A stretch of 64,000 nucleotides of DNA from Narcine bancroftii (Eukaryota). A program made the translations under genes and the position numbers. The stretch is from NCBI RefSeq assembly GCF_036971445.1, contig NC_091475.1, positions 2,976,001 to 3,040,000 on the forward strand. The letters are read 5' to 3'. Below the pieces are notes generated by a model. The model did no database searches. It was given only the letters and a program-made list of their open reading frames with translations, and had not been told where the DNA came from. Shown here piece by piece: positions 52,288-64,000 of the stretch (positions are counted from its first letter, which is position 1; each line of letters begins with the position of its first letter).

Positions 52288-54405
52288 GTAAGTCATTTAA
52301 TTATGTGATGTTTCAGCTTCCAAGGATCTCTCCAGTGGCATTAATGTTTCATTTCCAAAATTACAGGGTACATATGTTCTAAAATAAGTGTCTTAAATTA
52401 TAAGTTACAACTGAAAATGGGTTTCAAATATAAATCTGGAGAGTCATGCATTTGGGGCAAGCAGCTCACTCATTCAACACTGTAATTCTTTACTAAAGAA
52501 TCCTCTCCACACCCTACACTGATGAACCCAACGGTTTGGAGAGCTTGCATTGGGCACAGCAATGAGCACATTGGCTCTGGTTGGTGGGTGTAGGACAAGT
52601 GGGCATAACAAAAAATGGGCGGGAGTGGGAATTATAGGTGAGCCAAAAGAGTAGGGAGCTGATGGGAATGTGGATGAGAGGGCCAGCATATTGTGTTGGG
52701 GAAGATGAAAATGCTGTTTGGATAGATAGGAGGAATGGTGACAGATGTGGACAAGGGGATGAAAGGAGGAAGGTAGTTAATGGGAGGGGAGTCTGAGAAA
52801 GATTATCTCCTGCATGTGTACAGGAGCATACTACACCACCACTCTTATTGCAGAATTTGTTTTTGTCACGTTTTCATAGTGTGGAATTTCCTACTTTTGA
52901 CTTTATTGGCTTACAAATCTGCAAGTTTTCATTTGGATAGAATTCTAAATGGAATCAAATTATTGCAAATTCTAAGTACGGAAAGTAGCTAAAATCACTA
53001 ATGATAGATCAGTTAGCGCTGCTTAATAAAAGTTAAATTCAATTACTAATTAATAATATCTAGGAATAGAACTGGGAAACCCTCTCATAATCAAATATTA
53101 AATAGAATCTTGAATGCATTATGCCATCAGGGTTCTTTCATCCAAGAGCTTGTGAATCTGTGATCTTTTACAGTAGCCATTACAACTGTCTTCCCCCTCC
53201 CCATCCCAACCCAACTCCGGGCCACAGTTCATTTCAGTAAAAACCTTGTTTTCTTTTCACCTCACTTAACATAATGTTGTCGGTAGGAAAGAAGTACAGA
53301 AGAACCCAACTGAACTTGACTGCTTCACAAAGAAGAGGCCCATAAACTTTAAGCAGAGTCCAAAGGAGGCCATAGCTTGGAATTTTATCAAGTGTTACAA
53401 TCTAGATATTATTGAGCAATGGAAATTTCTACCCAATTGATTTTCAGTGGAAAGTAAATATTATGAAGACAATGAAATTATTCCACACAAGGATTATTAG
53501 TGTTGTAATATCATCATTTAAAAAAGGAATTCCCCCTTGCCCCTCTGGTTGATGTATGGAAATGACCTGCAATGTCAAGACATTGTTTTTCTATTAAATT
53601 TAATTTCTTCTTACCCAGACAACTTATCTCTCTATGCAAGACATCTTACCAACAGAAATACTGAAGGAAAAAAAATGTAGTTTCAAATTACTTTTGTGCA
53701 AAATCATAACTATCCATTTCACACAAGATTTGCAAAATGTTGACAATTAGCAGGCCAAAGCCCCCATGATAATTTAATATTTAATACACACAATCAAGTT
53801 ATCACCATCCCATTATAAAACAGAAATATCACTACTGCAAGTTTTAAAAAAATCCATAGCTTATAAAATTTCCTTATTTGCAAGTCCCATTATGACAAAA
53901 GTATTAAGATAACAATTCATAATAAGACAATGTTTGGGATAATTTTTTAAACATCAATTATATTTTTGTTTAAGAGAGTCTTCAGTAAGCAAATTGTTAG
54001 TGCCTGATATTTGCAAAATCATTCACATAAACTGTCCACGCTTGTCCACAATTCTCCACTCATATAAATTGTCCACTGAGCTTGGTATCTTTCATCAGCA
54101 AGGATGGTTTGGTCTAAACAGATACAAAAAATAACTACACCTCCTTATGATAGAAATAGTTGAGTTGTGATACTTTTGAGGCTGTCTTACTTCAATCTTG
54201 AGAACATGTACAATAACATAGCCAAGATTGTTTATCTAAAAGTCTGGAGAACTGTGAATGGTCATTTACTTAAACCATTCTCAGTCACACAAAAGTCACA
54301 AAATCTTTGTATTATGAGACGTAGTTATTCATATAGAATTATGAATATATTTATTTCAAGTAATAGAATTGAAAAATAGAAATTTTTTTCATTTTGTTTT
54401 CACAG

Positions 54406-54474
54406 CTGACCAAGGCAAAAAGCAAATTGGAAGATACTCCTCCAAACCGACCAAATATCGGAGGAGCGTATGAA
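54406..54474 (+). CDS. CD247: CD3 zeta exon 3 equivalent (LTKAKSKLEDTPPNRPNIGGAYE)
   Basis: Polypyrimidine tract + cacag acceptor, gtatgt donor, 69 bp, phase 0-0. Ends with the first Tyr of ITAM1. Confidence 0.88.
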
Positions 54475-54594
54475 GTATGTAATTGTTTACACTCTTAATT
54501 ACAGTTTGGTGGTTGCTGTTTTATAAGATTTATTTGCTGGCATAGAATATGGATCTATTGCTGAAGATCTTAGAACTGAGAATAATACTCAAAA

Positions 54595-55130
54595 TTCAGG
54601 TCAGGCAAAGGAAATGGTCAGTCAACATTTTGGGCTGGAACCCTTCATTGGGAATAGCAAGAATTGGGCAGCAGCCTGAATAAGAGGGATGGAGAGTACA
54701 AACTGGTGGGTAATAGGGGAAGAAAAGTGAGAGGTGATGAGGGAAGGAGCAGAGAAAGATGCACTCTGATGGGATGCAAGTGGGTGTGGAGCTGGAGGAA
54801 GGAAGATGTGGGTGACTGACAGGTAAGGTGGTGGGGGAGGGGAAGAGAAATATGGATAGAGAGATAAAAGAAAGCAAGGGGCTGGAATGGAAACTGGGTG
54901 GGGAGATTACTGGAAACTATTGGAGGTTGATATTGATGCTGTTTGATTGGAGTCTGCCAGTGATGTTCCTCCAATTTATATGCGGCCTCAACCTGGCAGC
55001 ACTTGAGGCCATGGACAGACATGCCTGTGTGAGAATGGGAAGTTGAATTGAAGTGGGTGGCCACTGGACGGCAAATGAGACACTTCACTTGTGAATCTAT
55101 AGGAGACTGGACAGAGATGGGGGGGGGGGG
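54595..55130 (-). mobile_element. Penelope-like fragment in CD247 intron
   Basis: ORF 54645-55178 contains PVATHFNSTSHSHTGMSVHGL...KLEEHH (GIY-YIG end). Confidence 0.8.
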
Positions 55131-56529
55131 GGTGGAAATCACTTCATTGTACACCTTTGCTGTCCGTTGCCACAGCAAGGATCACCCATTGGCCAGCCAC
55201 TTCATTGCAAAGCTGTATACACTGGAATTTACAGCCAGCAAAACAATAGCCAAGCCTCCACGGAACTAGTGAGGTCATTTTAAAAAGTTGAAAATGGTCT
55301 TTCCACAAAAAACATAGATTTGATGAATCAGTTAAGGAAATGCCCTGGGAAGAATCAATCTTATTTGTTGTGCAACTATATTGTAAATATACCTGTGATA
55401 TCATTATATGCAAGGGTCACCATATAAATTTTACCAATGAGTTCTTCCCCACTGCTGTTTCTTTAGCATGTAACAATAAATTTGGATGGATTAAAATGCA
55501 GCAACATACTCCATTTATCTCTCTTCAGTCTGTTTTTCAAATCGGCAATGGTTCTGAATTCAATCAGTGAGACAGAAATGAGGAAGGCACCAAGCAGGAC
55601 TGTGGAACACCTGCAAATTCAACTCGCCATAGAATTTTTTTTCAATCTTACACTTGCTCGATGACAACATGGAAACAGTGAAATTTCTTCCATGCCATTT
55701 CCAGGCCCTTGCACTGTTCTACCTCAACCTTTCCTCTGTTACACTATATTCTACACATTTGTTCTATTTTGCACTACATGATGTCACATTGAAGGTTGAC
55801 ATGCCTGGATAGCACGCAAACAATGTTTACAACAATAAAAAAAAACCCTTTGGATTTGCATCAGAACTATTCTCAGAGAGGAGTGGTGTCAAACGAAGTC
55901 AGTTCCTTGTCACACAGATTCTAGTGAAGGAGTCCTCTGGCCCTATACCAGCTAGATTGGAATCTTCATAGGAATGGGAATTCCTGAATAGAAGGCAAAT
56001 TATAAATCTAATTATTAATTTTAATATTTTTCATTATTAATGAGCAGTTTAATATTTCAACATCTTCCATCATTTCAAAAGTTTAAGTATCACAGTCCTT
56101 AAAAAAAAATTATAACACTGACCATCTTTGACAAGAGTCAAAGTTGTCAATGCATTCCAAAGCATGTCTCCAAGATCTGGGGTCCAGTAATTTGGCTGTT
56201 TGCTTTTGGGCCAGTCATGAGAGTAATGGCCAAGGACACAGTTGAATTGATGGAAATCATGGAAGTCTTAAATTTTGCATATACTTGTGCTGTGTGGATA
56301 GGTTATGTGACCAGTTTAACAAATATCTCATCATTCAAAAATTTATTATCATTAATAAAGCAGAATTTCTGCAAAAATAGGACAATACTCTATCATATAC
56401 TAAAACATTGAGTACAATAATATTTACTTTATAAAAATTTCCAGCTGAAGGCTATTTTAACTTTATTGTAACTTTAAAAAGTAATCGAATGTCTGTTCTC
56501 CAGAATATTTCCTGTATACTCTTATTTAT

Positions 56530-57370
56530 TGTGACAGTCTTGTGTTATTATTAATTATTAAGTTATATTTTGGAGAGGTACTTTTTTGGGTTGGAAACAG
56601 GAAAACACACAGAAAGACACTTACACCTCACACATTTATGTTAGTAGATAAGAAAGGTCTTCCAGAGACAAAAAAGTCAAGCAGAAGCCTTACGATGGTT
56701 CCATTGGATTTAGACACTACTGCCATGAGTCACGTTTTTTGAAAAAGAGCCAGGCTGATCAAAGCAAGTCATATGAATAAAGACATTTGAAAAGCTGCAT
56801 TTTAAGTATTCAACCAGGTCATCTGATATGCAGTAACATTCTGTGAGAAAAGAACTGCCTTGTCAAGGGAGGAGTAATCAAAGTGGCTTCAAAAAAATGG
56901 CCACTTCAACTGTCTTTCTTTAAGAGAGAGCAGTGTTAATGGGGTCATTTGTAATGGTCATTTCATCTAAAACCGTTGCTTGGGTTTGTGAAATCCTCAT
57001 GGAAATCACAAGTTTTGTAACCTCCACTCAAGAAAGGGGAATTATGGAAAACTCATTCATATGAAGAAACATTTCACTGAAAGCAACTGTACGAGAATTT
57101 GTGAATTTTGAGAAGTTGATGACTTGGCGCCTCACCCACTTCATATTTACTTTTGATCAACAGTTTAAAGACTCTGAATTTCAATACAAAAGATTTATAA
57201 GACTGAACTTTAAATTTTAATAATCTCTTCATTATTGTGCCTAAACTATTATGGTTTGGGAGCTGCCATGCATGTGCGCGCACATACACACACAGGTTAA
57301 ATTTTGAATTAAGTAAGAAATGTTGTTATTAATAATTATTAATAAAAATTATTTTGAATTTCTATTGCAT
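56530..57370 (+). mobile_element. Solo LTR-like element (right end degraded)
   Basis: Starts TGTGACA and has an internal layout similar to 3481-4216. Confidence 0.55.
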
Positions 57371-57966
57371 TAGCATTAAGCTCAACCCAGAGTTCCTTCA
57401 GCAAATTGTGTTTTGCTCCAAATTCCTGGATCTGCAGGAATGATTTAAAATGTTCATAAGTTTTCATCTAGAAAAATCCACTCCTAAGTTTGTTTATTGT
57501 CACATGCATTGGTTGTTTGGTGAGCGAACCAGGAGATATTACATACATGGTAAAAGTAAAAAAATACTGAATTTGCTGGAAGCATTTATACTTCATTAGG
57601 GTTTTGTTAAGTTTCTTCTTCTTGAGATGTATCCCACAAATTTAGGTTAATTACCTCAAATATACCCTTAATTAACTTTCTTATTTGGCCAACATAAACA
57701 GAGATAAGCATAAATGACTGAGAGTAATAGTTACTGGTGATGCTGGACTGGCAAACTTTCTTGGCCGAGTGTATACTGCTCTCAACACTCAATTCATTTT
57801 TAAAATAGATGTAACAAAGTAGAACCATGTAGGTTTAAAGGGGGTGTGGGAACCGAGTGAGTCACCATTGGTAGTTCTAAAAAAAATTGTCTGGCATGTG
57901 GTCAGGTTTCACTGTATATTGTGTCTATAATAAAACATGAAAATAATGAGCTTCTAATCTTTACAG

Positions 57967-58056
57967 CCCTTGCAGAAGAAGAATCAAGACCCCTATTCAG
58001 ATCTATCATTTAACAAAAGACACCAGGACACAGAAGCTGGAATTCGAGCAAAGCGG
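57967..58056 (+). CDS. CD247: CD3 zeta exon 4 equivalent (PLQKKNQDPYSDLSFNKRHQDTEAGIRAKR)
   Basis: ttacag acceptor, gtattt donor, 90 bp. Completes ITAM1 YEPL-x7-YSDL. Confidence 0.9.
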
Positions 58057-59627
58057 GTATTTGTTTTCAAGTTTCTTCCATGAAGGAAAACTCATTTCAA
58101 ATACAAAATATCAAGAACATAATCAATAGAGAACTGGAGGTACAAAGAATGGGTTCAAACACATGCAGGAGGCAAGTCAAGTGACCTTAAGTATGGAACC
58201 AGATAGTATTGGAGGAGTTCGTTAGGTTGTGCTGGTAGTCATTGAAGTTGAGGTGAAGGTGATTAAAGCAGAGGAGAGAATAAAGGAGGGGGTCAGTATG
58301 TTGAGATGATGATTATAAAGAACAATAAGAGAATACTATGCTCACATGCTAGAGCTGTTTCAGCCACACAAGATCAAAGTCATTTAACGGAAATGCTAAC
58401 TCTTTCTCTCTCTATGTTCTGATCTAAATAATTTCAGCATTGAACTTCTATAAGGCTATTTTGGGCCTATATTGCAAGTAGGATGGAGTAAAAAAGTTTT
58501 GCTTAAAAAAAAGTGCAGTATTTTGGATAAGATCCAAAGTCCTGTAGAAGCAAAATGTTGTGGATCTGTGCTTTGGTCTGAGAGGCAGTATGGATTGATT
58601 CTGGATTTGAAGAGGGGCTCATTTTCTAAAATTTAGAAAAATTAGAGGTGGTTTTACTGAAACATAATTAATACTGAGGAGTCTTGATGGAAAAAGAAAT
58701 GAGGTGCTTTGCACTATCGGGGAGTTTATAGCTTGGGAATGTGATTTCAGAATAAGGAGCCATCTGTAGAAAAATTGAAAGGTGGGTCAGGTTCAAATGT
58801 CTATGTGGCCCAATTCTTATTTTTTTGTTCCCTATTCAGTGCCAAATGACACAAAGCCATTGCAATCCCATTAATAGTTTCCAGTTATGTGAAAAACAAT
58901 TTTCAAACATTTTGTTTTAGATTTTGTACTCAAATTTGTTTTTCAGTTCTTTTTACACTTGTAAATATTTGAATAGCTTACAATATTTTTACATCAAGTG
59001 TGAAAGTACAAATGTTTAAACACAATGTCATTCCATGCCAGAGAACCTGCAAATTTCTTATTAAGACTGTCTTGATATCATATGCTGTTAGCAGCAAATG
59101 GACACTAATTTAATGTTGTATGCTGGGACAAGAAAAACAATGCTACATTTGATTTTTTTTTAAATTAAAGCTTGCATTAGGAGTCCTAAAATTATATATG
59201 GCTGGACTTGTGTTGGGCTTTGACAACTGCCTGGATGTGTCCATTAACAGCAAACATTTAATACCTGGTAGCTGTTGGAATTATTTGAAACTTGTCTTAG
59301 AGTTTCTCCTTGTAGTCACTTAGGGAAACTGCCACAATCTGCCCTATGTTTGCAGATGGCTGTTGGCTGCACCAAACATGCAGAATTAATTTCAAACTTG
59401 CTTATGGGAGCACCTCTTTTGACTGTACTGATTGCGACATAATTTGACAAATGTTTGCAAATGTAAAGTGCAAATCCGAGACCCATCCCATCAGGCCTAT
59501 TAAATGGCATCATCTCGCCAGCTTGATAAGGTCAACTCAGGGAGTTTTGTTCACCTGAGAAACATTTCAATCACTTTGGCCAATTTAATAGTGAACTTTG
59601 ACATCATGTTCTCTATTTTGCTTTCAG

Positions 59628-59669
59628 AATGAAAGGAGTGACACTGCAGCTTCAAGTGACACTTATTCT
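59628..59669 (+). CDS. CD247: CD3 zeta exon 5 equivalent (NERSDTAASSDTYS)
   Basis: ttttgctttcag acceptor, gtaagt donor, 42 bp. Supplies the first Tyr of ITAM2. Confidence 0.85.
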
Positions 59670-59927
59670 GTAAGTAATGAATGGTTTATAGTTTTTTTTA
59701 AAGCAGAGGCATTTTCTCATTAATAGTTGATGGGAGAACTTAAACATAGTGCCAGGTAGATGCTGAATCAAGTACTGTACTGACCAGGTGAATAACATCC
59801 TGTGATAAAACTTTAACTTGTAATTGTCAGGTTTTGTTCAGAGTAGCAGCAGAATCCACCGCGAGATGGATTTTATTTTTGATCCCTAGCTCTGTGATTG
59901 GAATTTGACTAATGATTGCAAGGTATG

Positions 59928-60173
59928 TGTGATGCACGGCTGCAGCAATAAGCAGACACAAAACTCAAGAAAGACTGTACAGTTAAAAGTCTCTGCTACA
60001 GTGGTAGCTGTACTGGTGACTCATTAGTGACTGGCTTGGGAGGGGCTGGTTCAGGATTATATCCCACAGCCAGCCAGGTGTGGTCTGTCCTTGGGTAATC
60101 TTCCTGCAGATACAGAGATCACCCCTCCCCCCCCCCCCCCCCCCCTGGAGTAGGCTAGTGGTGTATCACCACA
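59928..60173. mobile_element. Short solo LTR (~246 bp)
   Basis: TGTG...CACA termini, flanks gtatg/ttatg (imperfect TSD). Confidence 0.65.
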
Positions 60174-60490
60174 TTATGTATTCTAATGTTATGGGTTAAG
60201 GTAAAATATTAAAACTGTAGAACTTGCCTGGTCTTCTCCAGTAATAACCAGGAAGTGTGGAAATTATCATAGGGCAGCCCGTTTATGAAGGATAACTTGT
60301 TCCAATCCCATTATGATGACTAACAAGATCAATGTGGGATATGCAAAGTGCCATAGATGGAGCAAATGCTTAATGGTACCAAGTGTATTCCTTCTCATGT
60401 TTTTTTTTCCTGGGTTTCCTCATGCTCCAGACTCAAGATTCACAGTGGATTTTCCTCCATCTTGATCAATTGTTGGCCAGGGATCACCTT

Positions 60491-61245
60491 ATAACCATAT
60501 ACAGCACAGAACAGGCCAGTTTGGCCCTACTCATCCATGCTGGAACAAATCCCCACCCTCCTAGTCCCACTGACCAGCACCCGGTCCCTACCCCTCTAAT
60601 CCTCTCCCCTCCATGTAATTATCCAGTCTTTCCTTAAATGTAAATAACGTTCCTGCTTCAACCACCTCCGCTGGAAGCTTATTCCACATCCCAACCACCC
60701 TTTGCATGAAGAAATTTCCCCTCATGTTCCCCTTATAATTTTCCTCCTTCAATCTCAAATCATGGCCTCTGGTTTGAATCTCCCCCACTCTTAATTGAAA
60801 AAGCCTATCCACGTTGACTCTCTCTGTCCCTTTTAAAATCTTGAACACCTCCATCAAATCCCCCCTCAATCTTCTACGCTCCAGAGAAAAAAGCTCCAGG
60901 CTGCTCAACCTTTCTCTGTAACTCAAACCCTGACATCCTGTCAACATTTTCGTGAACCTTTTCTGCACTCTCTCTATTTTGTTTATATCCTTCCTATAAT
61001 TTGGTGACCAAAACTGCACACAGTATTCCAAATTTGGCCTCACCCATGCTTTGTACAATTTCATCATAACATCCCAACTCTTGAATTCAACACTCCGATT
61101 TATGAAGGCCAACATTCCAAATGCCTTCTTCATCACACCATCTACCTGAGTATCAGCCTTGAGGGTACTATTTACCATCACTCCTAAATCCCTTTGTTGC
61201 TCTGCACTCCTCAATCATCTATCATTCAATATATATGACCTATTT
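60491..61245 (-). mobile_element. Young 5'-truncated CR1 LINE in CD247 intron
   Basis: ORF 60588-61214 (VRPNLEYCVQFWSP, LERRRLRGDL) is open to the stop, followed by a CR1 3' UTR. Confidence 0.93.
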
Positions 61246-62111
61246 GACCATATGACCTTGTGTGAGAATGTTTGGTTTTGGGAACATCTTTGAATTGCTT
61301 CTGTCCTCCTGGAAATCTCTTACTGAGATGGTGCCTAACTACTGTATAGCTTTGTGCTGAGTTTGATTGTCCAACGTTCCAACTCTGGAAGGGAAGTCAA
61401 TTTTCTCATTGATCTAGGCATTTCACCATTTGTGAAATTGGTCTGTTCTAGGAAGAAACTTGATGTGCCATATTGTGACAAGAAATATTAATAAAAATGC
61501 AGGAATGAATACTATAACCATCCTTGTTCAAAGTTCCTAACTTCAATCAAGAAAATGAGTTGGAGGCTTTTATGAATTAAAAAAAAAACTGTCTCCCCAA
61601 CTTTTTCTTGAAATTGGTGTAGGACAGTGTCCATTGTATGTTTAGCTACACAGAAATCAGAGATTTGGGGAACAGCTCTTCTGCCATTGGAAAGAGGCGG
61701 CCGATGAGGGGAAAGCCAAAGCATGTTCATCGGTGGATGAGAGGAATCTCCTGATCAGGAGATGAATTATAGGCATGGATGCACTTGAGGTCGGCTCCTC
61801 TTGGCTCACAAAGACATCACCTGTAAGGACACTGGTAAAATTTGAGGCACTTTGAAGTTTTCCCATCTCAAAAAATTCAATGCAATGGCAAAATAATAAG
61901 AATCCAAGTTTTAATTGTTCAGCACTCGAACGCACTCTTTTTGTTTTAAATCACATTTGGGAAAGATACAGGTCAGAAATTAAATTTTGCAGAAACTAAC
62001 TTGTGCTACTTGTTGGCTCCTCTTGAGACTTTGTTACAAAACTGTAGTGAGAGGTAAATTAATTTGTAAATGAAATATTTTTATTTAAGGTCAAATTTAC
62101 TTTGTTTACAG

Positions 62112-62168
62112 AAACTGAATGCCAAGAACAGAAGTGAACCTTATGGTGAACTCAAACCAACCCAACAG
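62112..62168 (+). CDS. CD247: CD3 zeta exon 6 equivalent (KLNAKNRSEPYGELKPTQQ)
   Basis: tttgtttacag acceptor, gtaagg donor, 57 bp. Completes ITAM2 YSKL-x8-YGEL. Confidence 0.92.
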
Positions 62169-62189
62169 GTAAGGTTAAACAATTAAGTT

Positions 62190-62840
62190 GCACAAGTAAG
62201 TCGGAGAATGCTGAGGTTGTTGAATATACAAAAGTGCTGGAGAAACTCAGCAAGTCGTATAGCATCCATTGGAAATAAAGGTATACAATGTTTTGGGCCT
62301 GAGCCAGCCAAGATGTGAGCAAAAATAGGCAGGTGTCTGAATAAAAAGGTGGGGAAATTGAGGAAGGAGGAAAGGGGCAAGGTGAAGAGCACAGGTAAAC
62401 AACTATAGTCATAGGTGGGATGGGAGAAAACAGCTGAGAGGGGAGCTCTCTGAATAAAGGAAAGGGGTGGGGTGCTGGATCAAAGGAGATTGAGGGATAG
62501 GAAGGGGTTTAATGGAAACTGGAGAAGTCAATGTAACGCCTTGTATTCCATCTGGGCACTCTCCAACCAAATGGCATTAACCAACTTCTCTATTTTGTCT
62601 CCTTTTTTCCAGCACCCCACTTCCTTCTCTCGCCATTCAGAGCTATCCTGTCCCCCTATCGTTCCCAACTTTTCTCTGCTACCCTCCCACCTATAACCTT
62701 TTAACCTGTGATCCTCTCCACTTCCCCACCTTTTTATTTAGGTGCCTACCTGTTCTTTTCTCATACCTTGACAAAGGCTCAGGCCAAAAATGTTGATTAT
62801 CTTTTACATGTGATGGTTTCTCCAGCACTTTTGCATATGG
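62190..62840. mobile_element. Penelope-derived inverted-repeat element
   Basis: caaaagtgctggagaaa...ttttgggcctgagcc on the left is mirrored by ggctcaggccaaaa...tttctccagcacttttg on the right. Remnant ttccatctgggcactctccaaccaaatggcattaac in the middle. Confidence 0.75.
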
Positions 62841-63331
62841 CATGGCTAATCAATGACCTGATTCATCAGTTGATTACTATAACATCCTGTAAATGTACCC
62901 AGTTATTAGTTTCAATTTTAATTTACCCTATAAGTTGAGGTACATCAGGTCACCACATTGCAGGCTAAACCTGTATGATGGCCACGGGTACATGCTTTGA
63001 GCTAAGCAAAGAGGAAATCTGAAGAAAATGTGCTTCGGTGGCAGGTAAGAGTCAAAACTATTCTGGCAACTTATAAATATTGTGTCCTCAAACAAGCTAT
63101 ACAAATCATTTCCCACAGAGATGTGTAGTTACTGTTAAAATACCTGGTTCTCTACGTAGAAACATCAGTACAGCAGTTCAAGGTAGAGGGTCTAAGGACT
63201 TTGATATTCTAATAATGTTCATTTCAAGCAAGATGCTACCAAGAAATGCCAACTTAATAAATGCTCGTTTGAAATATGCATCTGATTAATGTACATTTCA
63301 TAAGTTAACTTGCATATTTTAATATTCACAG

Positions 63332-63367
63332 AAACGAAGAGGCAAAGGAGGGAATGACATTTATCAG
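63332..63367 (+). CDS. CD247: CD3 zeta exon 7 equivalent (KRRGKGGNDIYQ)
   Basis: ttcacag acceptor, gtagga donor, 36 bp. Matches human RRRGKGHDGLYQ and starts ITAM3. Confidence 0.93.
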
Positions 63368-64000
63368 GTAGGAGAATTGAGAGCTGCCTTCTATAAAAAT
63401 GTAGTATGCTATCCATCTTCATATTAAACCATGGCTCATCTATCCTCACTCACACCACACCTTGGTCATCAATCACTCCTTGCAAGTATACGTGGGTTTC
63501 AATTCTACATACACAAAAACATACCTAGATCAATTAGGTGTAATTGGCGGCATGGTTCATAGACTCCAAGGACCTGTTACTGTGCTGCAGGTCTAAATGA
63601 AAAAGAAATGATGGGTGGCAGTTACCAAAACACTATTACAGCACCAACAACCTGATTTCAAATCTGCTGCTGTTGCAAAGGGTTTGTACGTTCTTCCTGA
63701 GCCCATGTGGGTTTCCTCCAGATGCTCCTCTGTTTCTACCCAAGACGCATAGGGTTAGTAGGTTAATTGTGTCTGTTATCTCTTAAATTAAAAAAATTCA
63801 AAACATTCCAAAAGCTAAACTTCCTCCATCTCCTAACACTGGTGGCAGGAAGAAGGACTTCAGATTTCTAGATCATTGGGTTCTCTTCCAGGGAAGGTGG
63901 CACCTATACCAGCAAAGCAGTTTGCATTTGATCTGGAAGGAGACAAATATCTTTGCGGGAACGTTTGCTTGAGCTGCTCCAGGAGGAGAAAAAAAGATGT

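Noticed and set aside
51338-60145. Long G/C homopolymers (51338, 55118, 60127; also 176 and 42749)
   Set aside because: They lie in or at the edge of TEs (PPT or slippage tracts), their lengths are unreliable in assemblies, and there is no evidence of function.
63585-63660. Possible last CD247 exon (GLNEKEMMGGSYQ)
   Set aside because: The available AG acceptor gives GTC TAA in frame, there is no YxxL, and the sequence is the tail of a SINE-like repeat. The true last exon probably lies beyond the window.
1-64000. CRISPR arrays, rRNA/tRNA genes, prokaryotic operons
   Set aside because: None seen. The window is intron-rich vertebrate DNA, and the tRNA-related sequence I identified is a retrotransposon PBS plus possible SINE remnants.

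Overview
Repeat-dominated vertebrate genomic DNA. The CR1, RTE, Penelope, L1 and Gypsy content suggests a cartilaginous fish (inference). One host gene can be read: CD247 (T-cell receptor CD3 zeta chain) on the + strand. Six small exons (52184-63367, equivalent to mammalian exons 2-7) splice in frame through GT-AG introns. They encode the zeta transmembrane segment ([26 protein letters not shown]), two complete ITAMs and the start of a third. None of these exons appears in the ORF track. The signal-peptide exon and the last exon were not found in the window. The rest is mostly transposable elements: a four-level nested stack (CR1 > hAT > Gypsy > antisense solo LTR + RTE) at about 11.7-21.3 kb, a Gypsy element with an apparent self-priming PBS, a second Gypsy with a tRNA-Trp PBS, discordant LTRs and no TSD, a young L1 with a 15-bp TSD, young CR1 fragments, Penelope inverted-repeat elements, palindromic hAT MITEs and solo LTRs. 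I found no convincing wholly new system. The best leads are the CD3-epsilon-like first ITAM of this zeta chain and the tRNA-independent priming signature of the Gypsy element.
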